A DNA stretch of 35,874 bases from an uncultured Mollicutes bacterium (GTDB lineage Bacteria > Bacillota_I > Bacilli_A > Acholeplasmatales > Anaeroplasmataceae). A program made the position numbers and the translations under genes. Every line of letters begins with the position of its first letter. Position 1 is the stretch's first letter. Location of the stretch: NCBI GenBank assembly GCA_945923475.1, contig CAMELE010000001.1, forward strand, positions 1 to 35,874. The letters run 5' to 3'. The notes beneath the pieces are model-generated. The model did no database searches. It worked only from the letters and a program-made list of their open reading frames with translations, and was not told the origin of the DNA. Shown piece after piece: positions 6,781-14,810 of this stretch.

Positions 6781-7920
6781 TTAATAAAGATACTGTTCAA
6801 TAGTATTTGCGACCTTAGTTAAAACAACAGACTTAATCACGCGCTCATTTTTAGCCTTTTCGATAGCTTCCTTACGCTTTTCTACATTGCTGATCGTCCA
6901 AAAGTCATCAGGATCAATGTAAATTTCAACCTTTTTCGGATCGGCCGTAATCATACCCTTTTCAATCTTAATTGAATCAGGAGTCAAGGCATAACGAATA
7001 GTCTTACTATCTGAGGCATAACCATCATACCATCTTTTATGATCGGCATTAGGATTGCTAAACAAATTAACTGAAACACCATAGGTATTATACACATCAC
7101 CATTTACCGTAGTAATAGTGATATTGAAACGAACATTGGAAGTTTGAGAAATATTAAGATCTTCAAGAGTTTCTGCCACACCATAACCCTGATTAAGTTC
7201 AAAAGCAATCGCGCGAAGATAATCATAAGTCATATTGGTAGTACGAGAAAAATTCACAATATCCTTAATACCACTCGCATATTTAGGCTTAACCTTATCA
7301 GTAAGATATTCTACAATCTCTTCCTCTGTTGGATAAGTAATCTTAAAATGATAATGAAAACGACCAGGCCGATTCAATAGATAAGTGCTAAGTCGATCAA
7401 CTTCATTACAAGTAATAACGAAAAGCTTCTTACCATTATCAAGACCATCAAAAAGAGAAAGCATTTCCTCCTGCGGAGAGGGGCCCGCATGGTCGTCAGA
7501 GTTATTAGAGAAATTCTTTTCAAACTCATCAAAAATAATTACGACTTCTTGCTCGATACTGGAAATAAAATCTGCGATACCGGGCACATAAGTATTAGCC
7601 AAGAGAACAGGATATCCGCTTTCAATAGCGTGATGAGAAAGAATACGAGCAAACAATGACTTGCCAATACCCTTCTGACCACTTAAAATAACACCAAGAT
7701 TACGGTCTGAATACTTAAAAGAATTAAGCACCTTATTGACTTTAACTTCGTGATTACCATAAATTTTTTCCTCATTGACCGCAAGGTCTGGACGAGAAGA
7801 AAGATAAAAACCTGCCATTTTATTAAAGCAGATTTCAAAAGACATAAGCGGAAGTCGCTTATAAGTCTTAACGTCCTCGCCATAAATCTGATAGCGAGAA
7901 CCAGCATTTACAATATTCAT
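6781..7920 (-). CDS. AAA+ family ATPase, about 379 aa
   Basis: Walker A GQKGIGKS, Walker B VVIIFDEFE. Start refined to MNIVNAG, preceded by AAGAGGA. The longer track ORF start overlaps tRNA-Ser. Confidence 0.8.
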   Translation of the reverse strand: MNIVNAGSRYQIYGEDVKTYKRLPLMSFEICFNKMAGFYLSSRPDLAVNEEKIYGNHEVKVNKVLNSFKYSDRNLGVILSGQKGIGKSLFARILSHHAIESGYPVLLANTYVPGIADFISSIEQEVVIIFDEFEKNFSNNSDDHAGPSPQEEMLSLFDGLDNGKKLFVITCNEVDRLSTYLLNRPGRFHYHFKITYPTEEEIVEYLTDKVKPKYASGIKDIVNFSRTTNMTYDYLRAIAFELNQGYGVAETLEDLNISQTSNVRFNITITTVNGDVYNTYGVSVNLFSNPNADHKRWYDGYASDSKTIRYALTPDSIKIEKGMITADPKKVEIYIDPDDFWTISNVEKRKEAIEKAKNERVIKSVVLTKVANTIEQYLY

Positions 7921-7947
7921 ACTTAATCCTCTTAATTTAAAATTTAA

Positions 7948-8035
7948 TGGCGGAGCCACCGCGAGTCGAACGCGGACTACCTATAAAGGTAGGAAAGCTT
8001 AGCAGGCTTTTGTGATACCATTACACCATAGCTCC
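7948..8035 (-). tRNA. tRNA-Ser (anticodon GCT), class II, G73 + CCA encoded
   Basis: Acceptor GGAGCTA/TGGCTCC. Anticodon stem AAAGC/GCTTT with loop CTGCTAA. Long variable arm CCTACC...GGTAG. T-arm CCGCG-TTCGACT-CGCGG. Confidence 0.8.
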
Positions 8036-8039
8036 ATTA

Positions 8040-8273
8040 TTTACACCTATATATGATTAGTTTATGCTTAATACTATATCCACAATAACTATGCTAAGTG
8101 CGATAATTACTAAAAATATAATACTTTCTATCGGATTTAATATTACCAAATAAATTTAAAACTCTCAATCCCTGTTTATAATGAGAAGTTTTATTATTTA
8201 CTTGATAATTAGCCCAATCAAGAATTTCTTGACCGCTAAAACAAGGATTTTTATAACTTAAAATATTTTTCAT
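8040..8273 (-). CDS. small hypothetical protein: 77 aa if the internal TAG is read as sense, 58 aa if TAG terminates
   Basis: GGAGG RBS then ATG at 8273. One in-frame TAG. The extended frame ends TAA next to tRNA-Ser. Confidence 0.4.
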
Positions 8274-8682
8274 ATTCTACCTCCTCTGCTTTTCTGGACT
8301 TGGAACCAGCCTATGGTAGCATTAGGTAGGCGACCGCACTTATCGTTCGCTAGGACAAAATTCACGCTCATCGCCAAAAATCAAATCATCAACATCTTTA
8401 AACATATCAGACAATCCTCCTTTTTTATTTAATTTTATGAAACAAAATAGAGAGTAGAAAAACAATTCATTTCTATGGAAGTGAGAGAAAACAACAATCT
8501 ATATATCAAACGAAAGGGGAAATCAAACAGAAAGATAAGTAAGAAAATGAACTAGATGTAAAAGACTCTCTCTATTGTATAGTCTTTTATTTCTATATAT
8601 TTAAATATATAGAAGAGTAGCCTTTCTAACAGGCATTCCAACAGCCTCGAGCAGCAAAGAGGTTCCTCATTTGTTGGTCTTT

Positions 8683-8758
8683 TGGTGGGCGGAGACAGAA
8701 TCGAACTGCCGACGCTAGGATCTTCAATCCTACGCTCTACCAGCTGAGCTATCCGCCC
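8683..8758 (-). tRNA. tRNA-Phe (anticodon GAA), CCA encoded
   Basis: Acceptor GGGCGGA/TCCGCCC (perfect), D-arm GCTC-AGCTGGTA-GAGC, anticodon stem TAGGA/TCCTA with loop TTGAAGA, T-arm GGCAG-TTCGATT-CTGTC. Confidence 0.85.
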
Positions 8759-8972
8759 ATAATATTTATATTGCTACGATTCCCGATTCTCCACGTAGTC
8801 ATTCTTCCTTTAAAATTTACTAAAAGAATGTGATATTTTATTTATCGTCCTACATCAACAATATAAATAGAACAAGACGCTATAAACAATCCTAAGCATA
8901 TGTATTTCGTACATTGATGTTTTAAAGTTTGCTGTTAGCGCCTTAATTATTCAAAAAGAAAGGAAAGATAAA

Positions 8973-9176
8973 TTATGCGTTTGCGGGTTCCGCGTTCTTC
9001 GGTCTGCGGAACTTTACATAACGCTCACCATCATGTCGGGACATCCAAATGATTGTGCCATCCTTAAAATGGAAATCATAAGTAAAATCCTTATCCTGTT
9101 CATCAATCTGATGGCAAAAGCCCTTACCGTACTTCTTAGAATAAACCTTGTCGCCGGGCTTAAATTTAAACTTCAT
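8973..9176 (-). CDS. hypothetical protein (67 aa)
   Basis: ORF track. Confidence 0.5.
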   Translation of the reverse strand: MKFKFKPGDKVYSKKYGKGFCHQIDEQDKDFTYDFHFKDGTIIWMSRHDGERYVKFRRPKNAEPANA

Positions 9177-9221
9177 TTAGATATCTCCTTTTGGATTATT
9201 TTAATTTACAAGACACAAATG

Positions 9222-9294
9222 AAATATTTGTTGGAATTGAACCAACTACAGTTTGTTTAACAGACAAATGCTCTACCAAATGAGCTAAAATATT
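9222..9294 (-). tRNA. tRNA-Asn (anticodon GTT) with an unusually AT-rich acceptor stem
   Basis: Acceptor AATATTT/AAATATT, D-arm GCTC-ATTTGGTA-GAGC, anticodon stem TTTGT/ACAAA with loop CTGTTAA, T-arm GTTGG-TTCAATT-CCAAC. Confidence 0.7.
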
Positions 9295-9370
9295 TTCAAT
9301 AGAAAATGATTGCTGTGTGTGTCTTTATTACTGTGATACCTCTTATTAAGAGGGCTTACGGCGTTACGCC

Positions 9371-10012
9371 TTAAATATATTTCCAGATATAACCATAAGC
9401 AGATTTTCGTTTACCATTCGCGCATTCTGCTATATGACTTCTAACTCCAGAACTATAATTTAAACATTTTTTATTTTTATAACACCACTATCCAGCTTCA
9501 GCTACTGATTCAAATGAATTAAGTAAATCTCCATTTTTATCATATTGTTTAATTGCTTTAGATTTTTCTTTTCTTAAATTTTCATTCGCTCGATTAATTA
9601 TCTAAATACAATTTTCTTTTGCTATTGAATAAACTAAATCTAGACTACAATGAAATAGTTCAGCTATTTCTATTGGACGAGGATTTATTTTTAATGCTTT
9701 TAAAATTTCTTTATGGTCATAAATTAATTTGCCATCGCCACCTTTAGTAGCATTATATCCATTCTAATAAGCATTTAATTTTTCAATCCAATAAATTTCT
9801 CTTTCTTCTGGATCGTCAGTCTCTTCAATTAGCTCAATATGAAAATGTTCTACTCCATATTTTCGCATTGCCGAATATAATGGACGTTTTTCATTGCGCT
9901 CTCTAAAAGCATCTTTACAATGTTCTTTAAAACGCTTCTCAATAAAAAACTCAGTTTTTCCAATATAAATTTTCTAATTTACATCATTGATAATTTTATA
10001 AATATATGCCAT
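9371..10012 (-). CDS. GIY-YIG homing endonuclease, 213 aa, with five in-frame TAG codons
   Basis: Minus-strand translation MAYIYKIINDVN*KIYIGKTEFFIEKRFKEHC...YWIEKLNAY*NGYNATKGGDG.... 642 nt, an exact multiple of 3, ends TAA. Invisible in the standard-code ORF track. Confidence 0.8.
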
Positions 10013-10146
10013 ATTCTTATCATCCTCCATTATTTTATGGAGTTTTTGGTTGCTAAATTATCTAAACGCAACCAAAATTTTAGTCCCACCGTTAGTTTAA
10101 ACAGAGCATACCATCGTGAAGGTGTGTGGTGACATTTTATGCTCCT

Positions 10147-10215
10147 TGCGGTCGGGCGATTCGAACGCCGTTTTTAGCTTATGAGGCTAACGAGCTACCT
10201 TTGCTCCACCACCGC
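10147..10215 (-). tRNA. tRNA-Met-like (anticodon CAT); short, 4-bp T-stem
   Basis: D-arm GAGC-AAAGGTA-GCTC, anticodon stem TTAGC/GCTAA with loop CTCATAA, T-arm GGCG-TTCGAAT-CGCC, acceptor GCGGTGG/CGACCGC with one mismatch. Confidence 0.55.
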
Positions 10216-10217
10216 AA

Positions 10218-10293
10218 TGGTCGGTCAAATTAGAATCGAACTAATATCCCTTGTCTTATGAGAACAATACTCTACCAATTAAGCTATTGACCG
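10218..10293 (-). tRNA. tRNA-Met (anticodon CAT; could be elongator Met or a lysidine-type Ile2), CCA encoded
   Basis: Acceptor CGGTCAA/TTGACCG (perfect), anticodon stem TTGTT/GACAA with loop CTCATAA, T-arm ATTAG-TTCGATT-CTAAT. Confidence 0.75.
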
Positions 10294-10455
10294 AAAATGG
10301 GATAGATATAATATTCGCGACCATTATATCTATTGGACTTTCTAACCCATCGTCCCAAAATTCTTAATAGACCTCATCAAATGGCCAACTTTTGTAGAGG
10401 CTTTTGTGCGACTCTGCATGCGCACTCACATAGACATAAGAATGATGCCAACGTA

Positions 10456-10533
10456 TGGCGACCCAGGCGGGGCTCGAACCCGCGGTCTTAGCCGTGACAG
10501 GGCTACGTGATATTCCAGCTTCACTACTGGGCC
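10456..10533 (-). tRNA. tRNA-Asp (anticodon GTC), G73 + CCA encoded
   Basis: Acceptor GGCCCAG/CTGGGTC, anticodon stem TAGCC/GGCTA with loop CTGTCAC, T-arm GCGGG-TTCGAGC-CCCGC. Confidence 0.8.
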
Positions 10534-10536
10534 ATA

Positions 10537-10614
10537 TGGTACTCCTGGTGGGATTCGAACCCAACGACTCTAGCGTGAAAGGCTAGTGACTTAAGCCCAC
10601 TTGTCGACAGGAGC
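10537..10614 (-). tRNA. tRNA-Glu (anticodon TTC), CCA encoded
   Basis: Acceptor GCTCCTG/CAGGAGT, anticodon stem CTAGC/GCTAG with loop CTTTCAC, T-arm TTGGG-TTCGAAT-CCCAC. Enlarged D-loop. Confidence 0.7.
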
Positions 10615-10684
10615 ATATTATTTATTTTATTCTACATTAGTAAAAACAGGATATACCACGTGAAGGTTGTAGAATTTATATCCC

Positions 10685-10758
10685 TGACCTCAGCCAGATT
10701 CGAACTGACATCTCAACCTTGAGAGGGTTGCCACCTAAGCCAATTAGTAGATGAGGCC
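10685..10758 (-). tRNA. tRNA-Glu (anticodon CTC); atypical D-arm
   Basis: Acceptor GGCCTCA/TGAGGTC, anticodon stem CAACC/GGTTG with loop CTCTCAA, T-arm GTCAG-TTCGAAT-CTGGC, A73. Confidence 0.6.
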
Positions 10759-10762
10759 ATAT

Positions 10763-10903
10763 TTAAGCACATCTATCATAATCTTGATTTTTGTGCTTTT
10801 GTTTTCGCTTAAACGAACCTTTACCTTTCTTCGCAGGAACTTTAAATCCTCTGCGCCGAAATAATTGAAGATATTCATTAAGCTCTTCCTTGTTTTTTTT
10901 CAT
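10763..10903 (-). CDS. small basic protein (46 aa, Lys/Arg-rich)
   Basis: ATG directly after the stop of the acidic peptide ORF. Sequence MKKNKEELNEYLQLFRRRGFKVPAKKGKGSFKRKQKHK.... The longer track ORF 10763..11011 overlaps the acidic peptide in another frame. Confidence 0.4.
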   Translation of the reverse strand: MKKNKEELNEYLQLFRRRGFKVPAKKGKGSFKRKQKHKNQDYDRCA

Positions 10904-10907
10904 ATAA

Positions 10908-11018
10908 CTTTTATTCACGGTATTCATCCTCATCTTCATAAAGGGAAAGATCCTGATAAGCAGCATATTCATCACTTTGAATCTCGCAAGCATAGCTTTC
11001 ATAGTAATCATTATACAT
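10908..11018 (-). CDS. small acidic peptide (36 aa, Tyr/Glu/Asp-rich)
   Basis: Lies immediately after the promoter/leader cassette at 11022-11090, ...GAAAGGAAGATTTAAATT then ATG. Sequence MYNDYYESYACEIQSDEYAAYQDLSLYEDEDEYRE. Confidence 0.4.
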
Positions 11019-11198
11019 AATTTAAATCTTCCTTTCTTAACTTTCTATAAATATTATAACTTATTTTTTATAAAATGTCAAAAGATTAAAAGACCAACCA
11101 AGAAGCGATATTTGTTAACGATGGTCGCCACTCCACCGCCGTCAATACTCATAAATGCTTATCATTTTCACATTAACCTACTAATTAAAGGAGGTGAC

Positions 11199-11286
11199 TG
11201 GTGCTTCGAGAGAGACTTGAACTCTCACCATCCATTCGGATAATCGGGTTTGAGCCGATCGCGTCTGCCAATTCCGCCATCAAAGC
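11199..11286 (-). tRNA. tRNA-Leu (anticodon CAA), class II, CCA encoded
   Basis: Acceptor GCTTTGA/TCGAAGC, anticodon stem ATCGG/CCGAT with loop CTCAAAC, long variable arm, T-arm GAGAG-TTCAAGT-CTCTC. Confidence 0.75.
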
Positions 11287-11289
11287 ATA

Positions 11290-11390
11290 ACTAAGAGGAT
11301 TTTTAAGAAGAATCCTCAAAACTTCTTTCTAATCTAATGGAAGTTTTAAGAAGATCTTCCAACTTCTTTCTAATCTTAATCGCACTTTAG
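11290..11390. repeat. tandem duplication of a ~48-bp unit, each unit a hairpin followed by AACTTCTTTCTAATCT
   Basis: Hairpin 1 GAGGATT-TTTAAGAAG-AATCCTC. Hairpin 2 GGAAG-TTTTAAGAAGAT-CTTCC. Confidence 0.6.
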
Positions 11391-11837
11391 GGCGGCCGTC
11401 CCTCCGCGGCGTCACGGTAAATATAATATAATTTTTTATCCAAAAAAAGGTTATGAGCCAAAAAGGGATAATTATTTAAGACATAATTATCAAGACTACG
11501 CTACTTTTCAAATTTTCTCTTCTTAGTGGGAAAAACTTTCTTAGCGCTGAAACCAAAATCACTATTAGCATTTTGTATATATTATCTTATTGTATATAAG
11601 TTTTATTAATATACCTTATCTATTATATCGTTTAGTATATTGTATTAAGTTTTAATTAATAAGATAATATTTCTGGCTGCTTTTATCACCAATCATATAA
11701 TCGGTTATATCAGGCAATGCTCCTAAACTTGCGGTTTATTCAACCGCCGTGCTTACTCTTTACACCATATAACCATTTCTATTCACTATTAGCGTTACCC
11801 ATCATCTACCTCGTGGCGGTTATGAATTTTAGATGAC

Positions 11838-11913
11838 TGGACCTCGTGAGAATCGAACTCACCTGATTTTCTGTGTGCAAGACAGACGACCACGCCATGC
11901 AGTCCCGAAGCCC
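11838..11913 (-). tRNA. tRNA-Ala (anticodon TGC)
   Basis: Acceptor GGGCTTC/GAGGTCC (G-U wobbles), D-stem GACT/GGTC, anticodon stem TCTGT/ACAGA with loop CTTGCAC, T-arm GTGAG-TTCGATT-CTCAC, A73. Confidence 0.65.
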
Positions 11914-11988
11914 GAAATGCGACTTATTTATGTATAGATGGAGTCGCCAACCACCATTTGAGTTTTACCAGATATCCCGAGGAGGGAT

Positions 11989-12064
11989 TGGTGCTGGAGA
12001 AAGGACTCGAACCTTCAGATTAATGATCCTAAATCATTCGCCTATGCCAATTCGGCTACACCAG
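11989..12064 (-). tRNA. tRNA with anticodon TAG (formally Leu) but a short class-I variable arm; CCA encoded
   Basis: Acceptor GCTGGTG/CTCCAGC (one mismatch), anticodon stem AATGA/TCATT with loop TTTAGGA, T-arm GAAGG-TTCGAGT-CCTTT. Confidence 0.55.
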
Positions 12065-12135
12065 CAAATAAAGAATTTTATAACCCACATCGCGAAGATT
12101 CGAACTTCGTCAATCGTTAGGACTCGAACCAACTT
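12065..12135 (-). tRNA. tRNA-like element with two tandem T-arm-like hairpins (CGAAG-TTCGAAT-CTTCG and GTTGG-TTCGAGT-CCTAA); no canonical cloverleaf found
   Basis: Hand folding failed to find matching acceptor or anticodon arms. Confidence 0.25.
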
Positions 12136-12305
12136 TTACTCTTCTGGATTCCCAGAACCCATGGCCTTGATTAATGTGAGTATAGCCACTATTTCACAAT
12201 AAGTTTTACTTCGCTTCCTTATATTTAGTCGGGCGTTTTCCGCAAGCCACATACTCTTTCGATCGGTGGTAGTTTAAACTTACAAAATCCGTGTTAACGC
12301 CCCAA

Positions 12306-12380
12306 TGGCGGGTGATGTAGGAATTGAACCTACCTAAGGCAGATTAACAGTCTGCTGCCTAACCACTAGGCTAATCACCC
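12306..12380 (-). tRNA. tRNA-Asn (anticodon GTT), second copy, CCA encoded
   Basis: Acceptor GGGTGAT/ATCACCC (perfect), D-arm GCCT-AGTGGTT-AGGC, anticodon stem GCAGA/TCTGC with loop CTGTTAA, T-arm TAGG-TTCAATT-CCTA. Confidence 0.8.
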
Positions 12381-12532
12381 ATAAAAGAAGGACTTTTTAA
12401 AATCCTTACTTTATATATTTATTATATTATATTTTTTTTAAAAAATCAACTTTTCTCTTTTACCCAAGTTTTTTATTTTCTTTTTTCTTTCTTCGTCTTA
12501 TATAAATATTATATAATATTTTTTATAAAATG

Positions 12533-12715
12533 TCAATAAGGTCTTTGAATTGGCATTAAATCATCTTCTGAAAGAAGCCACTTTTCACCATGTTCATCAA
12601 GGACTTCAATCTGATAATTTAATACTCGAATGACAGTGCATTTAAGATACTGTCTACGATAACAACGGCCGCGATAAGGGACAAAACAATAAGAATTACC
12701 AACTTCAATATTCAT
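12533..12715 (-). CDS. hypothetical protein (60 aa)
   Basis: ORF track. Promoter/leader cassettes on both sides. Confidence 0.5.
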   Translation of the reverse strand: MNIEVGNSYCFVPYRGRCYRRQYLKCTVIRVLNYQIEVLDEHGEKWLLSEDDLMPIQRPY

Positions 12716-12805
12716 TATTTATTTTCTCCTTTCTCAACTTTCTATATATATTATATTATATATTTTTAATAAAATCAAAAAAGTTCTTTTTGTTTAAGTA
12801 GATTA

Positions 12806-12890
12806 AATGGCACCAGGGGTACGAGTCGAACGCATTACCACGAGATTTGGAGTCACGCCCCAGTCCCTCCGGGATTAAGGTTCCCCTGAT
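12806..12890 (-). tRNA. tRNA-like element (~83 nt): acceptor ATCAGGG/CCCTGGT + G + CCA and D-arm plausible; anticodon arm unresolved
   Basis: T-arm-like TGCG-TTCGACT-CGTA. No clean 5-7-5 anticodon stem-loop. Confidence 0.3.
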
Positions 12891-12912
12891 ATAAAAACAA
12901 GACCTTAACTTT

Positions 12913-12983
12913 GTCCGGAAAATGGATTTGAACCATTAACTTAATCTTGAAGGATTATGACCTAACCTTTAGTCTATTCTGGA
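12913..12983 (-). tRNA. tRNA-like element with a 6-nt anticodon loop (CTTCAA; would read UCA if a 7th nucleotide is recruited); possibly a pseudogene
   Basis: Acceptor TCCAGAA/TTCCGGA (one A-C mismatch), D-arm GACT-AAAGGTTA-GGTC, stem TAATC/GATTA, T-arm AATGG-TTCAAAT-CCATT. Confidence 0.3.
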
Positions 12984-13061
12984 AGTTATTTTTGCTGTAA
13001 AGGTCTTTTTTTATTTTATAAATATATTATATATTATTTTTTTTAAAATGTCAAAAAATTT

Positions 13062-13367
13062 TTAACTTAATCCTAATCTTGCCATTAAATCAGCAACATT
13101 TTTCTTTTCATCTTTAGTAATTTCAATTGGGGTTTCTCCGCCTGCGGTTGCCCCATCTTCAAAATTCAAAACATTTGAATCCGTGGTTGCACCCGCTTCA
13201 CCAATCGGAGTCTTTGGGCATGTCATACTAATAGCAATTTGAATTCGCTCACCATTCTCGTTAGCCCAAAGATAATACTTTTTATCTCGCTCGCCGATCC
13301 AATCAGCGCCAAATGTTTCCGCCATCTTCTTGGCAATTTGCTCTTTGGCAATACTTCCTTTAGCCAT
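13062..13367 (-). CDS. hypothetical protein (101 aa)
   Basis: ORF track. Confidence 0.6.
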   Translation of the reverse strand: MAKGSIAKEQIAKKMAETFGADWIGERDKKYYLWANENGERIQIAISMTCPKTPIGEAGATTDSNVLNFEDGATAGGETPIEITKDEKKNVADLMARLGLS

Positions 13368-13379
13368 ATCTAATTCTCC

Positions 13380-14810
13380 TTAACTAAAATTATGTATAAA
13401 GTCTTTTAAAGACCTAAAATTATTAACTTTTTCTTCATCAGCATCTCTAAAACACCAAGGACACAAATACATATCAGTTCCTTTATGATAGTGAATATCC
13501 TCTGTATAATATAAATTATTACAACATTCGCATCGTTTACAATAAGTATCCGCACAACTATCGCAAACTAATTCATTCTCATCGCCTACGGAATTTGCTT
13601 CATCAAGGATTATACGAGAACCGCAACAAGCACAATAACCATAATTATCGTCTTCGTTTACTCCATAATTGAATTCACAGTCTCCACATCGCATATATTC
13701 TCCACTTTCGATAATAGTTTTACCGCATTGTAAACAAGGGACATCACCGCCAATAGACCAATGAGGAAGATCAGTCTCTAATGGATAATAATACAATTTT
13801 AAACTATAAATGGGTAAATAGCAAGAAGAATAAAGCAAATCATTATATTGAAGAGTATGCTCGCCAATATCTTCAACAATATCACCAATAGGATATAAAC
13901 GAGATAAAATAGGAATCCATGTCTCGGATAATCCAATAGTTTCTTCGTCAAAAGAAGTAGTGCTCATCCTATTAGAAACAGTATTAATACCTCCATCTAC
14001 CCATTCACGCAACTGAAAAGTCTTATCAAAAGTATTGATAATATCTTTAATTTTAATTAAAGCATTGGTTGTCATAAAAGGATATTGACGACCAGCCATT
14101 AAACCGCGTCGCTTATCTTCCATATAAAGAAGCATACGCCATTTCTTAGAATTCCAAAGAACATCTTCGGGGAAATGCGGAAGTTTCTGATTCTCTGCTC
14201 CGCGCAAATAGCAAATAAAAGTGCTTCTATCTACCATGTAAGACAAATTTCCTGCTCTATATTCGCCGTCAAGTGCATGGCAAGAGCGCCAATTATAAGT
14301 ATTTTCACTTACGCTTAAAAAATCCAAAGGATGAACTGAGAAACATAATGTTCCCTCGATCTTGTCCTCTTGGATAATACGACTTGCGTAATTCTGAATA
14401 TCTTCCAAAGAGCGTGGATTCTCTTCGAAATACTTAAAAGCCTTAACTAATTTCATTCCTCTTGGAATCTTTTTATCCTTATAAAAATAAGTATCTATAA
14501 CTGTATTGTTAAAGAATCCTTCTTTATTTACTGTAATAAAATCCTTTAAGTCTTCATTATTATAAGTATAATTAATTGTTTCAAGAAACTCTTCAAGACG
14601 ATGCTCTTTAGTTTTATCATCTAAGGAAAAAGATACCTTTTCCGGCCATTCATAAATTAAATGACCGTGAAAAAATTTAATTAAGTCTTTTTTGGCTTCG
14701 AGGAATCTTTCGAATAGTTCTTCTGTTTTTGGATTACTGATTCCTTGGGAGTAACTGATGACTTTGTTGAACTGTTTTCTAATGCTTTCGATGTCGAAGT
14801 CATATGACAT
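13380..14810 (-). CDS. large Cys-rich protein, paralog A (about 476 aa): conserved central domain plus C-terminal multi-CxxC zinc-ribbon region
   Basis: Shares GTLCFSVHPLDFLSVSEN...W.SC...GEYRAG...WNSKKWR with the 17318..18922 product, and a C-terminal CLQCG...CGDC...CACCG...CDSC...CKRCECC...CPWC. Start taken at MSYDFD by homology; the track ORF starts at 14831. Confidence 0.65.
   Translation of the reverse strand: MSYDFDIESIRKQFNKVISYSQGISNPKTEELFERFLEAKKDLIKFFHGHLIYEWPEKVSFSLDDKTKEHRLEEFLETINYTYNNEDLKDFITVNKEGFFNNTVIDTYFYKDKKIPRGMKLVKAFKYFEENPRSLEDIQNYASRIIQEDKIEGTLCFSVHPLDFLSVSENTYNWRSCHALDGEYRAGNLSYMVDRSTFICYLRGAENQKLPHFPEDVLWNSKKWRMLLYMEDKRRGLMAGRQYPFMTTNALIKIKDIINTFDKTFQLREWVDGGINTVSNRMSTTSFDEETIGLSETWIPILSRLYPIGDIVEDIGEHTLQYNDLLYSSCYLPIYSLKLYYYPLETDLPHWSIGGDVPCLQCGKTIIESGEYMRCGDCEFNYGVNEDDNYGYCACCGSRIILDEANSVGDENELVCDSCADTYCKRCECCNNLYYTEDIHYHKGTDMYLCPWCFRDADEEKVNNFRSLKDFIHNFS

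Noticed and set aside
8281-8350. T-arm-like hairpin CTGG-TTCCAAG-TCCAG suggesting a tRNA
   Set aside because: No acceptor, D-arm or anticodon arm could be paired around it, and a strongly RBS-preceded mini-ORF overlaps. Left unannotated.
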